NCBI GenBank assembly: GCA_010093605.1
Contig: MU004189.1
Coordinates: forward strand, 813,834 to 877,833
DNA length: 64,000 nt
Origin: Lophium mytilinum
Lineage: Eukaryota
Reading direction: 5' to 3'
Shown here: positions 36,735 through 49,812 of the stretch, one piece after another
How positions within the stretch are numbered: the stretch's first letter is position 1
Layout: every line of letters starts with the position of its first letter
Position numbers and translations under genes: made by a program
The notes under the pieces: model-generated
Seen by the model: the letters and a program-made list of their open reading frames with translations, nothing else
Told to the model about the DNA's origin: nothing
Database searches by the model: none

Positions 36735-37466
36735 ACGCATCTCCACCAATCTAATCGCTGTCGTCGTATCTCGATATGGGGCGTTGCTGGTTGCTGGGTG
36801 CAGGCTGCGGGTCGGGGTGCCAACCGGAGCGAAGAGGGGGTATATCGGTACTTGTCACTCCACTACGAACATACAGTCTAGCTGGCTACAGGTCTCGCAG
36901 TAGCTTTCCGACATCCATCACGAGCTTGCTATTTTCCCTTTCTTCTCCTTGCGTGGGTATATGCTTTCCCCCCCGATACGGGGTCTTCTTATTTCTTTGC
37001 TCTATGATATCGGGTTTTGGTTTGGGTTCTATGGGATCGGATGGTTGGGAGAATGGAGCGGGATGGGTGAAGCAAAGACTGGGTCTTCGACGTATACCAC
37101 AGGGGCACAGCGGACAGATATATATACTCCAATCGTCTGGGTCTAGCTTTCTGTACGCATCGGATCGGATCCTCGGGTCTTGTTTGGCTGTGGGTTGTGT
37201 TATGTGGTTTTGTCTTTTTGGGGTATGATGCTCGATGTTGATTTGCTTTCCGTGCGTTTGGGTAGTCCTAGCTTAGGTTGGAAGCTCGCGGGGAGGGGTT
37301 GGGCTGCTTGCTAATGATGGGTATTGGTTTTCTTGTACTCGACTGCTTTATTGTCTTGTGCAGATTCATCTAACAAATCAATCCCTCTAGGTGAATCCAG
37401 TATCAACCGCCGGTCGTATAAAAGTAAGTCACTATCGATAAAGCCCCTCGTAAGAAACTAGTTTAC

Positions 37467-39417
37467 TCATCCCTCAAACGCCTCCCCATCCACCATAACA
37501 TCAACCTTCCACCCCTTCCCATCCCCCACCCAATTCTTCCTCTTCCCCGCCTTCTCCACTCCCTTAACCGCCTTCCGAAACCCCTCATCCCCACCCCCAA
37601 CCGCCTCCACCGCCCCCTCGACCCTAAAATCGACCCTCAACACCTCCTCCCCCTTCTTCCCCTTCCCCCACGCCGCCTTAACCGCCAGCCTTCTCTCCCT
37701 CACCACCCCCGCCGGATACACACTCGCCACCACCCCCGCCACCCGCCCCAAGTACACGCACCACCACGCCCACCCCTCCGGCAGCAACCGCACTATCCTC
37801 CCATAAAACTCCTGCTCGCTCGGACTGATCCGCCCCACCCCCCCATGCCGCTCGCATAGCAGCAGCGCCAGCACAGCCCGCTGCTGGTGGCTGACGCCGT
37901 GCGTCCCCGCCCATAACCCTGTAGTTGTGGACCGCAGCGCGGCGCCCGCGAAGATGTCCTTCGGTAGCGCCGCGTGCGCGTACATGGCCTGCGCCAGTGC
38001 TGTCAGCATCCCCTCATCGATCGGGCTGTCGGGCGCGGCGGCTTCAATGAGCTCAACGAGCCCAGCGACGGATGCCGGCGCGTGGTCTCGCGTAGCCACG
38101 ACGAACGGGTCCAGCGCGCGCTCGGCGGGGGTTAGAGACGCGAAATGCACGCCCTCCCTCACGCCGCCCTGGCAGAAATATACATCGTGGATCGCCGGGA
38201 GGGCGGCGGCGAGGCAGGATACTAAGAACGCGACAGCGGGGACTTGGCCCGCGCGGCGAGCGGAGACGCGGAAAATGGCGGGGGTGGAGTCGGCCATGGC
38301 GAGGTTGACGGCGGCTTGGACCGCCGCGGTGTTGTGGAAGGCGGATGTTGTGACGTGCAGCCCGTTGATGATGGGGATCGGGTAGGGGGAGATGGCGTGC
38401 GAGGACATGAGGACGAAGCCCCAGCCGCGGAAGCCGCCGCCGCTGAGGTACAGCGACAGCCCTTTCGGGCTTTGGAGGAGAGAGGGGGGGATGGCGAGGG
38501 AGGCGACGGCGGCGCGGAGGGCGGCGGTGACCTCCTCGCGGTAGGCGGCGTGAGGGGTGGTGGAGAGGGCGTGGGTGAGGGCGGCCGCGCCGTAGGGCAG
38601 GCTGATGGAGCCGGCGGGGCTCATCTGGATGTCCCCTGAGTGCGTGGTTAGCCAGGTGATTTGCGTGCTGCCGCCGCCTAGGTCCATGACCAGGCCGTTC
38701 ACGGCGCTGTAGCTGCTCGCGACGCCGTAGGCGCCTACGCGCCCTTCTTCTTCTTTGGGGAGCAGCTCCACGGTCCAGCCGGTGGCGTCGTGGATCTGGT
38801 TCCGGAAGGCAGAGGAGTTGGGCGCCGTGCGGGTAGCTTCGGTGGCGAGGAGGCGGATTTGGGAGGGGGGGACGCCGTAGTCGGTGCAGGTGGATTTGAA
38901 GCGGAGGAGGGATTGGACGACGGCGCTGATGGTTGGGTCGGGGATGGGCAGGCGGGTCGAGCTGCCTTCGGGGTATTGGGCGTCGTAGAGGGAGATGGCG
39001 GCGCGGTCGGTGTAGATGGTTGGCAGGATGCGGCGGGTGAGAGGGCTGAGAGATGTTATGGAGAAGCGGATGCCATTGCTAGGGGGGTGTTAGTAGGGGG
39101 ATTGATTTTGATGTTGAGAAAAGCTGATAAGATAATAGAACAAGGGTAAGAAGGGTATAGAATAGAGAGCATGACTTAAAGGTGCAGTATCTGATAAAGA
39201 GACATATTGACTGAGAAACCAAAGAAGATTAAGCCTACCTTCCCATATCCACGAGGCCATGGTAGTCTGGGTTCTCTGAACTCTCCATCCTTATCCGTTC
39301 AGATGAATCAGACGTAGGTTTTGATGCTATCAGTCTACTAGTATCGTCTTTATCCAGCTTGCTCTTACGAAAACACAGAAGCTTTAAGATGCGATCAAAG
39401 AGTTGGGACAGGTTCAT
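37467..39417 (-). CDS. RTG2: Retrograde regulation protein 2 (Ppx/GppA family), intron 39079-39238
   Basis: [55 protein letters not shown] and FCQGGVREG. The start may be 39417 or 39288. Confidence 0.92.
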
Positions 39418-39929
39418 TACAGGAGATCGTGTGTAAGTGGAGTCGTTAGTTCAGTGGAAATCTCGAAAAAGAACCCCACAGCAGCTGAAGCGGCAGAGAT
39501 TGCTTCACCGAACAAGGTGATTGTTTCCAGTAATAACGACCCGCATGAAACTCATAAGTCGTGTTCTTTAGAGTAAGCTAGGAAAGTTTTGCGATGCAGG
39601 CATAAAAATTGAGAAATAGTGGAAGTCTGACGTCGTCGGTTACAGGGTCTGATATCACGCTAACCAAGATTGGAGTCCTCTGTTGACCTGCAAATTCATG
39701 TTCATTTGCTCAAGTTTACGGATATTCATCCTCCGACTCCATGCTCCCTAGAGGTAGCCGTATTATACTAGTGGGTTTGCCTCCAGCAATCAATCATAAA
39801 ATCAGAACTTTTCCTCCAAGCCACTCCACAATACATATACACGTGAAAGGCAGGATACCGCTCGCTCGTAAAACTCGCCCAGTAACACAGACGTTGAGAA
39901 GCCCGATAAACCTGTTGCTGGACATCTCC

Positions 39930-42201
39930 TCAGGTCATGTTCATAGTGTGAACGTCGAAGACTTCGTTCCTCCAGCCACCTTGGTCGTAATCCTCGACTC
40001 TCTCTCCGGCCCGAGTAGCCTCGTCTTCCCAAAGCTTGACAATACTGCCTGGGGCGTACTTCCCCTTGAAGACACCTTTGCCAGGCTGAGCAACGCCAAC
40101 TCTGGTATACAGGTCAGGGTCATCTTCAGGGGTCAAGCGGGTCATGACTGCTCTGAAGAAGGTGCGGAGATCATCCGGGTTCGAAATCTGGGTGGCACGG
40201 AGGCGCTCGCGAGCGAACAGCAATTCGCGGTTCGCGGCGTGTATGCCATCCGCAATAGCAGATGCAAGTTGCTTCTCCATGACCTTCCGGATGATCGGCC
40301 GCAGAAGAGGCTTCAGCAGCCAGCCGAAGAACGAGAATTTGCTCTTGCGCATGGAGTAGGTGAGCTTGTGGACATGAACGCGCACGGCCTTCAACGTTAA
40401 GATCTTCTCCAGCTTTTCTTTGCCGATCTCGACGTCTAGGTGGATGTCGATGCCTCGTTCGTCCAGTTGGAATGAGGCAATCCCCTCGTCTGCCAGACGG
40501 AGGATGCCTGAGTGGGCTCGAAGAAGGAATCCAATTTCGTCGGCTTTGAGGGAAAGACCGTCGAGTTTGATGGTCACAAAAGAAGAGACCTTGGAGGTCA
40601 TTCTGAAGCGAGCTTTTCGGATTTCCAGGTCGTTGTAGGTCTCGACGCGGAGTCTATAGGGAAGGAAGGAGCTATGGTTAATCGTCCGACCTGGCTCAAT
40701 GATGAGATTCTCGAGCAGGAGATCGACGTCTGGAGTTGAGATCTCAAGACGAGGGATAGGAACGTATTGTATGGCCTGTATGAATACGGGAACAAATACG
40801 TTGATCGCGTCTGTTACCAGCTCTCCACTCGTGTACGCATGGGCTGGCGAGAGGATGTTGAAAAGTTTCATCGAAGTCTTCAGCAGCTTTGCGATGTCTT
40901 CATCCTCCACAACGGAGTAGAAGGTAGTTTGAATCTGACCAAAGAGCTTGTCCACATCATCACGGAGGGATGACTCCGTGCCAACCTTGCGAGACTTTTC
41001 CCTCAATTGCTGGAACTTTTCGTCGGCATGGTCGAAGAACTCTGGGTCTGTCAGGAGTTTCTCCAGAGAGTTACCCATGTCCGTCATCAAGTCCTCAAAC
41101 TCTGGATCATTCTCGCGGTGGCCCATGACTTGCTTGAAGTCTGTTTCGAGTTTTTCCCACTCCTTCTTGTCTCCAAATGAGCTTATGAGAATCCAGAAGT
41201 TCTGCATCGCCTTGTCCAAGGCCCTGTTGGTGTTAACATCATCCTGCGTAGTATCGACAGCCTCTTGGATGCCACGAGAATATATCATGGCGTAGCGTTT
41301 CATCAGAGTCGATATGGTGGACACTGAATCAGAGTAGTCTCTCCGCTTTCTGAGATTGAGAACGACCTGCTTCAGCCGGTAGATCAAGGTATCCTTCTCA
41401 TCTCCGGTCAATTTGTCTTCGAGGCTGCTTTCTGCTTCCTTTGCAACCTTAACAGCGCCATTGCCGACTACATTGGCAACATCGACGAGATCGCCGTTGA
41501 GGTCGTTAGCAGAAGGAGGAGGACCGGAGTCTGCTCCAGGCTCTTTCACAGCCTCTTGTTCTTTCTTGGAGGGCTCGATCTTGTTTCCTGCTTCCTTAGC
41601 CACTGACGATAGCTTGAAAGCAGTATCTTTGAACACTTCGCGTCCGATGACGTTGAGGTCGGAGAGGAAGAGGCGGAAGTCGGAATTGGTGAGGAGGAGG
41701 GAGCCAACAGTCTGCAGACTCTGGTAGGCTGAATTTGTTAGCACTGTCTTATTCAAATTTAGCGGTAGCTAGCTTACCTGCGGTTGTATCTGCCTTAGCT
41801 TTGGCTTTGGAAGCTCTCTTAGCTAGGTCGTCCACATCGACAGACACCTTGGACTTGGACAGGAACCAGATGAAGTCCTGGATCTGGTCCTCACTGTTCT
41901 TGTGTTGCAGCAGCTCCATGAACTCTCGTAGCCATTGCTTTGTGTACTTGACAAGCAAGCGGCCAGAGTCACTCAAGTCTGGGTTGTCGGGGTTGAGGAT
42001 GTCGGCAGCAGTCAATGTCCGCAGGTTGATGATGACCTGTTCGTTGGAGGGCATGAAACCTTTGGCCAGAGCTCTGTACATCTGATACGAGTGCAGCTTC
42101 TGATGCACCTGTCTCTGCAGAGCCGTGTCATCGTGATACTGAGGCAGCAAAGGCTGGCGGTCGTCAGCTCGCGACTTGCGGAATCCAAAGCAGGAAGACA
42201 T
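39930..42201 (-). CDS. DUF4449/DUF5923-like (BPI/lipid-binding-like) fungal protein, intron ~41732-41778
   Basis: KLHSYQMYRAL..GFMPSNEQ, LLLTNSDFRLFLSDL, IQYVPIPRLE and DLLLENL..PG...SSFLP motifs, recalled as typical of this fungal family. Confidence 0.75.
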
Positions 42202-44027
42202 AGTGTAAGGAGGTGTAGATGGTTGAACTCGAGCTGTCGGATGGAGTGAAAGCTCTGCTTAGGGCAACAAAGACGTTGTTGAACCAAGATCGCGTGCCGT
42301 GCTGGTCGTCATGATTTGCGCATCACGGTTGCAACTCCGCAGTCGCCAGGCGCGACACGAGCTAGCGATGACGCAGGAGCCAAGCAGAAACCTGGTGGTG
42401 ATCAGGCTCCAGAGCCCAGAACGACAGTCTTTTGCCCCGCCTAAACTGCTGCTTAGACTGTCAACTACGCCAAGCTGTGTACGGGTTGGCATCAAAGCTT
42501 CATTTTTGCCTAAAGCAGGCACGTCAGTGTCACAGCACGTGTGACTCAGGATTCGTGAGAACTGCGTCTGGTACCTCTTTTCATTGGCGAGAGTATATGG
42601 GTCTTCCGTGGTCCGTCATCTGCACCCAGCTTACACATTGAACCGGCAATAGATCCAACCAGCCCGCAGTTTATGATGTTCGGGTGTTGATGCTATGTAG
42701 ACGCCCGAGACTGCAGTTCTCAGTCGACGCAACGGAAGTGAATCTCTGCTTTCCCGCTCAATGCATTATCGGATGTCCGGAGCAGCAGATATGAAACAGA
42801 CGCCAGCTGCTGCAGATACCTTCTATCCGGCTGGAGTTCCACCAAGCTGGACGACCGAGGCCCAAACGACTCCAGCTCTGCAGCTATTCGGAACGAACCG
42901 TAGCTTAACTCTACTTCCCCAAGGTGAATTCTGCGCTTGCTCGAAAGCGGCAAGATAGACTGCGGGGAAACCTGGAGACGTCTTGGAAGTCAAGAATAGC
43001 TCGTGTGGACATAGCGCCACGGACTACCTGCCTTGGTTGCGCTGCCCTCAGATCAATCACTGACTGATGGAGCTCGCGTGCCCTTCCAGACGCACCGGCA
43101 GGAGCTCCGGATTGACCGCTCCACAGTCGTCGGAGATTAGGTACAAGTGTCGTGTGCAGCTCAACGAAACTAGTTGCACGATGCGCTGGTTGGACAGGCG
43201 GCGGTGATATCAACAATCGGTGTGAAAGCGTCAGTGTAGTTGCAGGTCGACCGTCGACCCCGTCCATAGATACATAGACTCCCCCCAAGGTCCGCTCCGG
43301 CCAGCAGCAGAGGCTCTCAGAGACAGACGCCCCCCGAACCGCACCCGAAACCAGTGTAAGACGAGGGCGCGCGCACAGATAATGATGTGCTTATTCGAAG
43401 AAGAGGGATTTAACGACCTGTCTCAAACCAGGAGGGCTCGGACATGCCCTGAAAAAGGCCCTCGCCGGCCGGACCCGTGCTGTCTACACAGACGCTGGAC
43501 CTGGAGGAGATTCACTGACTGACTGCGTGGATGGGGATGGGGATGGGCACCGCGATGCGCAGCTGATCGGTGTATGCAGCGAGGCCTCGACACGGAGCTG
43601 GCGATCAGGGAGGTTCGTTCGCGGCGTCTGTGGCCTCGATGGATTCGCAATTCTCGTTCATCCCGATAGCGCCCGAACTCCCCCCACGATTCGCGCTGGG
43701 CAATTGTTGAGCAGTGGCGGCGCACTGCACGCACGGCCTCGCGCAGCCCTGCAGCTTGCTAGCATGCCCGGCGCGGCCTCGAAGCTCAGGCGGGAAATAA
43801 TTTTGTGACATTCAGCGTCCCAAACGCCCTCAGCGCCTCCGTCCGGCTCTCCTCAGAAGCACTCCACGCTGAGAACAACCTGACCGGCACTGACTCCTGC
43901 CGCTAATTGCTGTCCCCCGATAGGCCCGTCTGCTTGCTTCTGCCCCCGTTAACCCCCCCGACCTCGAGCCCATTAACTGTTTCTTTTGGCACCACATGCC
44001 GCGCCCTGCTACACCAAATCCTCGTCC

Positions 44028-46256
44028 ATGCCCACCCTCATTGCCTTAAAAGGTGCCCGGCCCCTCACGAGCTGTCTGCAGAAAACCCTCCTCCGTCCAT
44101 CATTCATCTCTACTTCCAAAACTTTTGCCCAATCTCGCACCATGGCTTCCCTCGAAATCGCACACGCCAATGTTAAACAGGCGCAACATCATGCCTCACC
44201 GTCGGTACCCAGGCTACTAAGCACCACGTTCGTGTTCCCATTCTATGCCTACTTTTCAATTGCTGACAGCTTGTAGGAGTGGTGACTTTGACACTGCCAA
44301 CACGCCAGAGGTCCGCAAGTACCTCCGAACCTACGGCCTCACACCCCCAGCTGTTGAGAGCTTCGAGGTACAAGCAAAGAGATGTATGGGAGCTCGTGAA
44401 TGCTGCTATTCTACACCAAAGCTTACTGGAACCAGGTCTCAATCTTCTGGCGTTGAAGACGACGCCGATTGAGAAATACCAGTATCTGACTCACCTCCGG
44501 GCTACCAACGTCCACCTCTTCTACCGACTACTGTCAGAAAACATCAAGGTAATAAATTCTGAACATACCCAGACGGAAAAAAGCTTACAATGCGTGCAGG
44601 AATTGACTCCCCTTATCTACACCCCCACTGTCGGCGAAGCCTGCGTTCGGTGGTCAGAAATTTACACACAACCCGAGGGCCTCTACCTCTCGTACACAGA
44701 CAAGGGCAACCTCCACACGATCCTCCAAAACTGGCCCCACAATGTTGAGATCTCTGTCGTTACGGATGGCTCTAGAATTCTGGGTCTTGGAGACCTTGGT
44801 GTGAACGGGATGGGTATTCCAGTAGGCAAACTGGCCCTCTACACCGCCTGTGCTGGTATTCGGCCTACCTCTACTCTGCCTCTCCAGCTGGATCTGGGCA
44901 CAAACAACAAGGCCCTTTGGGAAGACCCCCTATACATGGGTAGCAGAGTGCCCAAGATCTCCCCTGAGGAGGAGCGGGACTTCTTGGACGAGCTAATGGC
45001 CGCCCTGACCGAGAAGTGGCCTGGGTATGTTTCTATCCCACCCTCCGTCTAAGGTTACATACTAATCGGGTGACAGTATCGTGATCCAGTTTGAGGATTT
45101 CAAGAACCCCTTCCCAGCTCTCGAACGGTATCGCGATATGTACACGTGCTTCAACGATGACGTCCAGGGAACTGGTGCCGTGATCGTTGGCGGCTTCATC
45201 AATGCCGTAAGGCATAGTGGTGTTCCTGCCAAGGACCACCGTGCTATTTTCTTGGGTGCTGGCAGTGCTGGTGTTGGCGTCGCGAAGCAAATTGTCGAGT
45301 ACTTCATGAAGGAAGGCTTGACGGAAGATGAGGCCCGCAAGAAGTTTTGGTTCGTAGACTCGAACGTAAGTTTTAGATTACCGAACATCCTAGATACCAG
45401 GCTAATTGTCGACAGGGTCTTGTCACATCAGACCGTGGTGACAAACTCGCGGACCACAAGGTCTACTTCGCCCGGGATGACAACGAGGGCAAGCAAATCC
45501 AGAGCTTGGCCCGCCTGATCGACTTCGTCAAGCCTACCATCCTGATGGGTCTCTCTACCATTGGTGGAGCCTTCAACAGGGATATCCTGCAGCGAATGGC
45601 CGCGCTAAACGATAGGCCCATCATCTTCCCCCTGTCCAACCCATCGTCCAAATCGGAGTGCACCTTTGAGGAAGCCATCAAGTATACCGAGGGCCGAGCT
45701 CTGTTCGCCAGCGGCAGCCCCTTCCCTTCGCTAGACTTCGGTGGGAAGAATCTCACTCCCGGCCAAGGTCAGTACCTCCCTCCGTCAATTCCCGGCGTCG
45801 AACCGCCGAGAACCACAAGCTAATCTGATGTATGCAGGTAACAACATGTACGTGTTCCCTGGCATTGGCCTCGGCGCCATCCTCAGCAAGGCCGTCAGCG
45901 TCACCCAAGACATGATCTATGCCTCTGCCGAGTCGCTCTCGACTGCTCTCAACCCCCAGGAGGTTGCCGACGGCTGGCTATACCCCGACATTCGCCGAAT
46001 CCGGGAAGTCAGCGTAACCGTTACCCGTGGTGTCATCCGCGCTGCCCAGGACAACGGCGTGGACCGCGAGATTGCTCTCCGTGGCCTCACCGACGACCAG
46101 CTCGACGACTACATCCGAGACCGCATGTACAACCCCTTCAACGAGCGTGAGAACGTCGAAGACGAGGTTGCACAGCTCGTCGCTACGGCAAGCGGTATCT
46201 CGCAAGAGACCAACGGCCATGCAACGAACGGCGTCCGTGCTGCTGCCCACTTGTAG
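44028..46256 (+). CDS. Malic enzyme (NAD(P)-dependent), ~7 exons; in-frame starts 44028 and 44142
   Basis: PLIYTPTVGEAC, VTDGSRILGLGDLG, IQFEDF, FNDDVQGTGAV, GAGSAGVG, PIIFPLSNP and GQGNNMYVFPGIGLG. Intron 1 (44201-44276, GTCGGT..TAG) restores the frame. Confidence 0.95.
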
Positions 46257-47958
46257 TGCCCTCGATCTCCGCCATCCTTTAAAACACCTCACCTCCTCTC
46301 CTCCCTATCTTACCTTTCTCTACTTGTCCCTTGTTCTCTTCACGACTTTCCCATTATAATGACTCCCTTTGGGCGTTTTGCTTGCCTCTTTCCTTCTTGG
46401 TCTGGTATAGACGGGGCCTTCGCGACTCGCGAACTGGGAAACTCGGGAATCACACTTACGAAACGGGACGGGCCTGGAGCGGACATAGATACCCTCTCTT
46501 CCCCTTCGTAGCTTGTCTACGGTGCCTGGATAGTAGTAGCACGGATACGAAAGCGGTGCCAGCCAGCAGCCTGGCTTTCTCGGAGGAACTGGAAAATGGA
46601 AATGGAATGTTTGTTGCTCGCTGATTATTCTCCCGTGGGTTTGAAACAATGTCACCGTGACCATAACGTGATTCGCGAGTTGTCGACACCGCAGGCCTAG
46701 ATCCAAGAGTGGCGGTGCAGTTTACGATTCGTTTGCGCCGGGAGTGGTGTGATGCCACCGGCCCCCACGTTCCCACTCTTCACCACGTTGTTCCCTGGCT
46801 GTGAGGCTGCCCGGGTCCCACTCACTCTAAATCGACTCCACGCCCTGACTCCTTGCCATGCGTACTATACGATACTGTACATATTACAACGCGCTTCTTC
46901 CACGTGGGTCTCGGTCGGTCCGTGTGCTTCCGTGTGACAAAGCTCGCAACGGTCTCCTCACCTCACCACCCTAATATCCACTCTAATCTAACATAACATG
47001 TGAACCGCACAACCCGGCTCTACCCGACCTTGATCCCTCGTGGTCGCCTTCCAGAAGCATGAAAGCACCAAGGGTCCCGCTCTTCTTGCTCCACCCTACG
47101 TTTTGCGTAGCCAGGCCCGGTAACTCTTATGCACGTAATTAGCCGCTAGTTGCGCAGGCGAAAAGCAGGCGAGCGCAGGCGAGATTTGCCTGTGTTGGAG
47201 GGCCGGCGATGATGGCGCTGGCACGTGCGAGCCGCTGTAGCCTCCAGCGTTACCTAGCTAGGTAGATGGAGATCAGGGTCCCGCTCCGCTCCGCCCCTGG
47301 GCCGGCGGAAGGGGGGTTTGCGGGTGGAGTAGGAGCGCTGCTGGTGGGAAGGCGCGTAGTGGGGGGCTCTGGGGAAGAGGGGAGGGGGTACGTACCGTTG
47401 GTCCGGACATGTGCTTGAGCTAGACATGGTGCTTTTATGATTTAGGACACTTTGGATGTGTGAGGGGCGTGGGCGAGGGCACCCGACGTCATTGATTGAT
47501 TGTGCGGTGCCCGCGCTTAGGGATGCGGAAAGGAGAGTTGGCTAGAGTAGGGGGAAGAGAGGAGGGGAGTGGGTGCCTCGGGAGGCCGAGGCCCCCGTGG
47601 GAGAGGGAGGGGAGGAGGAGGTGTTTCCGGTTCCGAGTTGGGATGAGGTGAGGTGAGGTGAGGTGGATTGAGGAATGCTGGGGGAAGAGGGGTGTGGGTG
47701 AGTCAGTGGTGCTGCAAGTTTGAGGAGCGAAGATTCCGAACATGTTGTAGATTGAGGTTTTCAGATTGATATGTTATGCTTCGGCTTCTTCGATAGACCA
47801 CCGTGTCTGTAGGTAGCAGTTAATCTGGAGGTTGGGTTGTTGCTGTTCATCAGCCCAAAATCGTCGCGTTTAGATGCCTTGACTGCCTCCAGACCCCTCT
47901 ACAGCTTCTTCCAAGTTGTTAGAACGCCTTACTTACGTGATAGCATACCTGGATCTCA

Positions 47959-49812
47959 CTACGAGATATTCATTTCGGTAATGGACTTCTTTCCAGTGGC
48001 AAGGAGGTAGCATGACATCAGGAATTTAGCCTCGTTGGCGAGTCTGTTGGAGTGTTAGTGGTGGTTCAATCTAGCTACTATCCATGATAGATGAGGTATA
48101 AAAAGATAAGACTTACATTAGTGCTAAATACCCGGCAGACACGCCCCCAAGACGGACAAAATCGCCAATGAGGCCGTGTTGTGAGAGCGTCCCGTCTGTG
48201 CGAGAGAAAACCCATGGCATAACAACAACCATCGAGGTAGCCGTGATGCTTGGAAGAGTAGATTTGAAGTCGAAGGGCTAGAGTTGGGATTGCGTTAGTA
48301 TTTGATTCTTCTTGTAAGTATTATCTCCGCTGCTATAGCTAGGAGACTAAGACGGCTTACCGCGCCCCTCGCCGCAAACCACCTCCGAATGAACCAACTA
48401 TTCCAGCATATCCTTAATGCCATGTTCACGCAATTCGCGTACACGACTCCGATCGCGCCCAGCCCTTGAACTTCCAGGAACCAATACGCGCTCCCTGCGA
48501 AGCCGCCAAAGAATATAAACATCCAGAAGCTTTGGAGGTGGAGCTCTCGACTCGAAGCAACTGCTGCTACGAAAGCTTCCGTCACTCCGTTCAATGCTAG
48601 GAATGGGATGTAGTAAGCGTAGTTAGAAAGAACCTCTCCCGCACCGGTGGAGGACCAATTCTGCCCCGCAATGAGGCTCAACAAGAAAGGCGCCAGAGTT
48701 GGACCAAGGCCAATAGCGAGAAGAGAGACGATGAAATAAAAGCGGATGACAATCGATAGGATGGTGCGGGCTTGGGTTATACCTTCCGGTGTCGTGGGTT
48801 TCGGCTTCGAGTTTGATGCTGACTTGGGCGAAGGTTTCGATGGCTTCTCAGCGGTAGGGGTCGACTCCTCAACGCACAGTTTCGCAAATAAGTTCCGACT
48901 ACTTTCCTCAATCGGTTGGAAAAGCATGCGCGCGATGAGGCCGCCGTAGTTGGCAGCGAGAGCGTAGGCACCTTGATCTTCGAGAGTAGTGAAAAATGCC
49001 ATGAAAATCGAGTCGCCTTGCGTGAGGATATATTTGAGGCCGGATTGCACGAAAAGACTGGCGGTGAGACGAGTCAAAGGGGCGGAGAAGTAGGACAAGT
49101 AGTACTTAGTATCTTGTCTGGAGGATGTGAGCAGAATGATTTGATAAGTGGACGGAGGTTCTCACGTTGAGGGAAGCTGCTGAGGAAAAAAAGAGAATTT
49201 AGCAAGTTTCGAGACTCGCCATAACCGGACCACGTATGTCACAAGCAGTCCAAGAGCATATGCCAGCTGCCCAATAGCAAAAGGCAACACGCCAATATCG
49301 ATGCCTGCCCAGCTAGCCCAGATAGCGGAACTGCAGGTACCAATGCATCGCAGGATGGTAGCAACAGATTCTGAGGTGGCTCTGACTCTATAGAGCATTT
49401 TTTGTTGCGCGGCTGCAAAAGGAGGTTCCGCAAGAAGCTCGAGGAAAGTAGCGAAGCAGTAAATGCTCAAGGCGTCGACAAAATACGGGACATCAGGCGT
49501 CTCTGCCATAAGCCGTGGAATGGCAAGAGCATATATTAATGGTACTCCAATGAACAAGGCCATATAGGACATGTTGACTACTGTTTGAGTGCCATGGGCT
49601 TGACGCTGCAAAGCCACTCGAAGGCTCTCTCGGGCGAAAGTGAGGACGGAGATGGAGAAAAGTTCGAATTGTGCAGACACTCCCAGTAGTTCTGGAGAAA
49701 GGAAACGAAGCAGAACTTGATTGACAGCGAAGGTGACTAGTCGTGAAAGAACTTGAAGGAGGATGAGAAAGGTGGCCCCTTTAGCTGAGGCTGAGAGGAT
49801 GGAGGTGGACAT
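47959..49812 (-). CDS. RFT1: Rft1 lipid-linked oligosaccharide translocation protein, 4 exons
   Basis: [65 protein letters not shown] and [14 protein letters not shown]. Confidence 0.95.

Noticed and set aside
37467..39078. Very high GC and strand skew in RTG2 exon 2 as a sign of horizontal transfer
   Set aside because: The protein is a typical fungal Rtg2 with a spliceosomal intron, and similar G-rich 3' ends occur in RAD3, PRI1 and other native genes here.
44201..44276. Possible stwintron or frameshift at malic enzyme intron 1
   Set aside because: The single donor GTCGGT at 44201 restores the frame, so no nested intron is needed.
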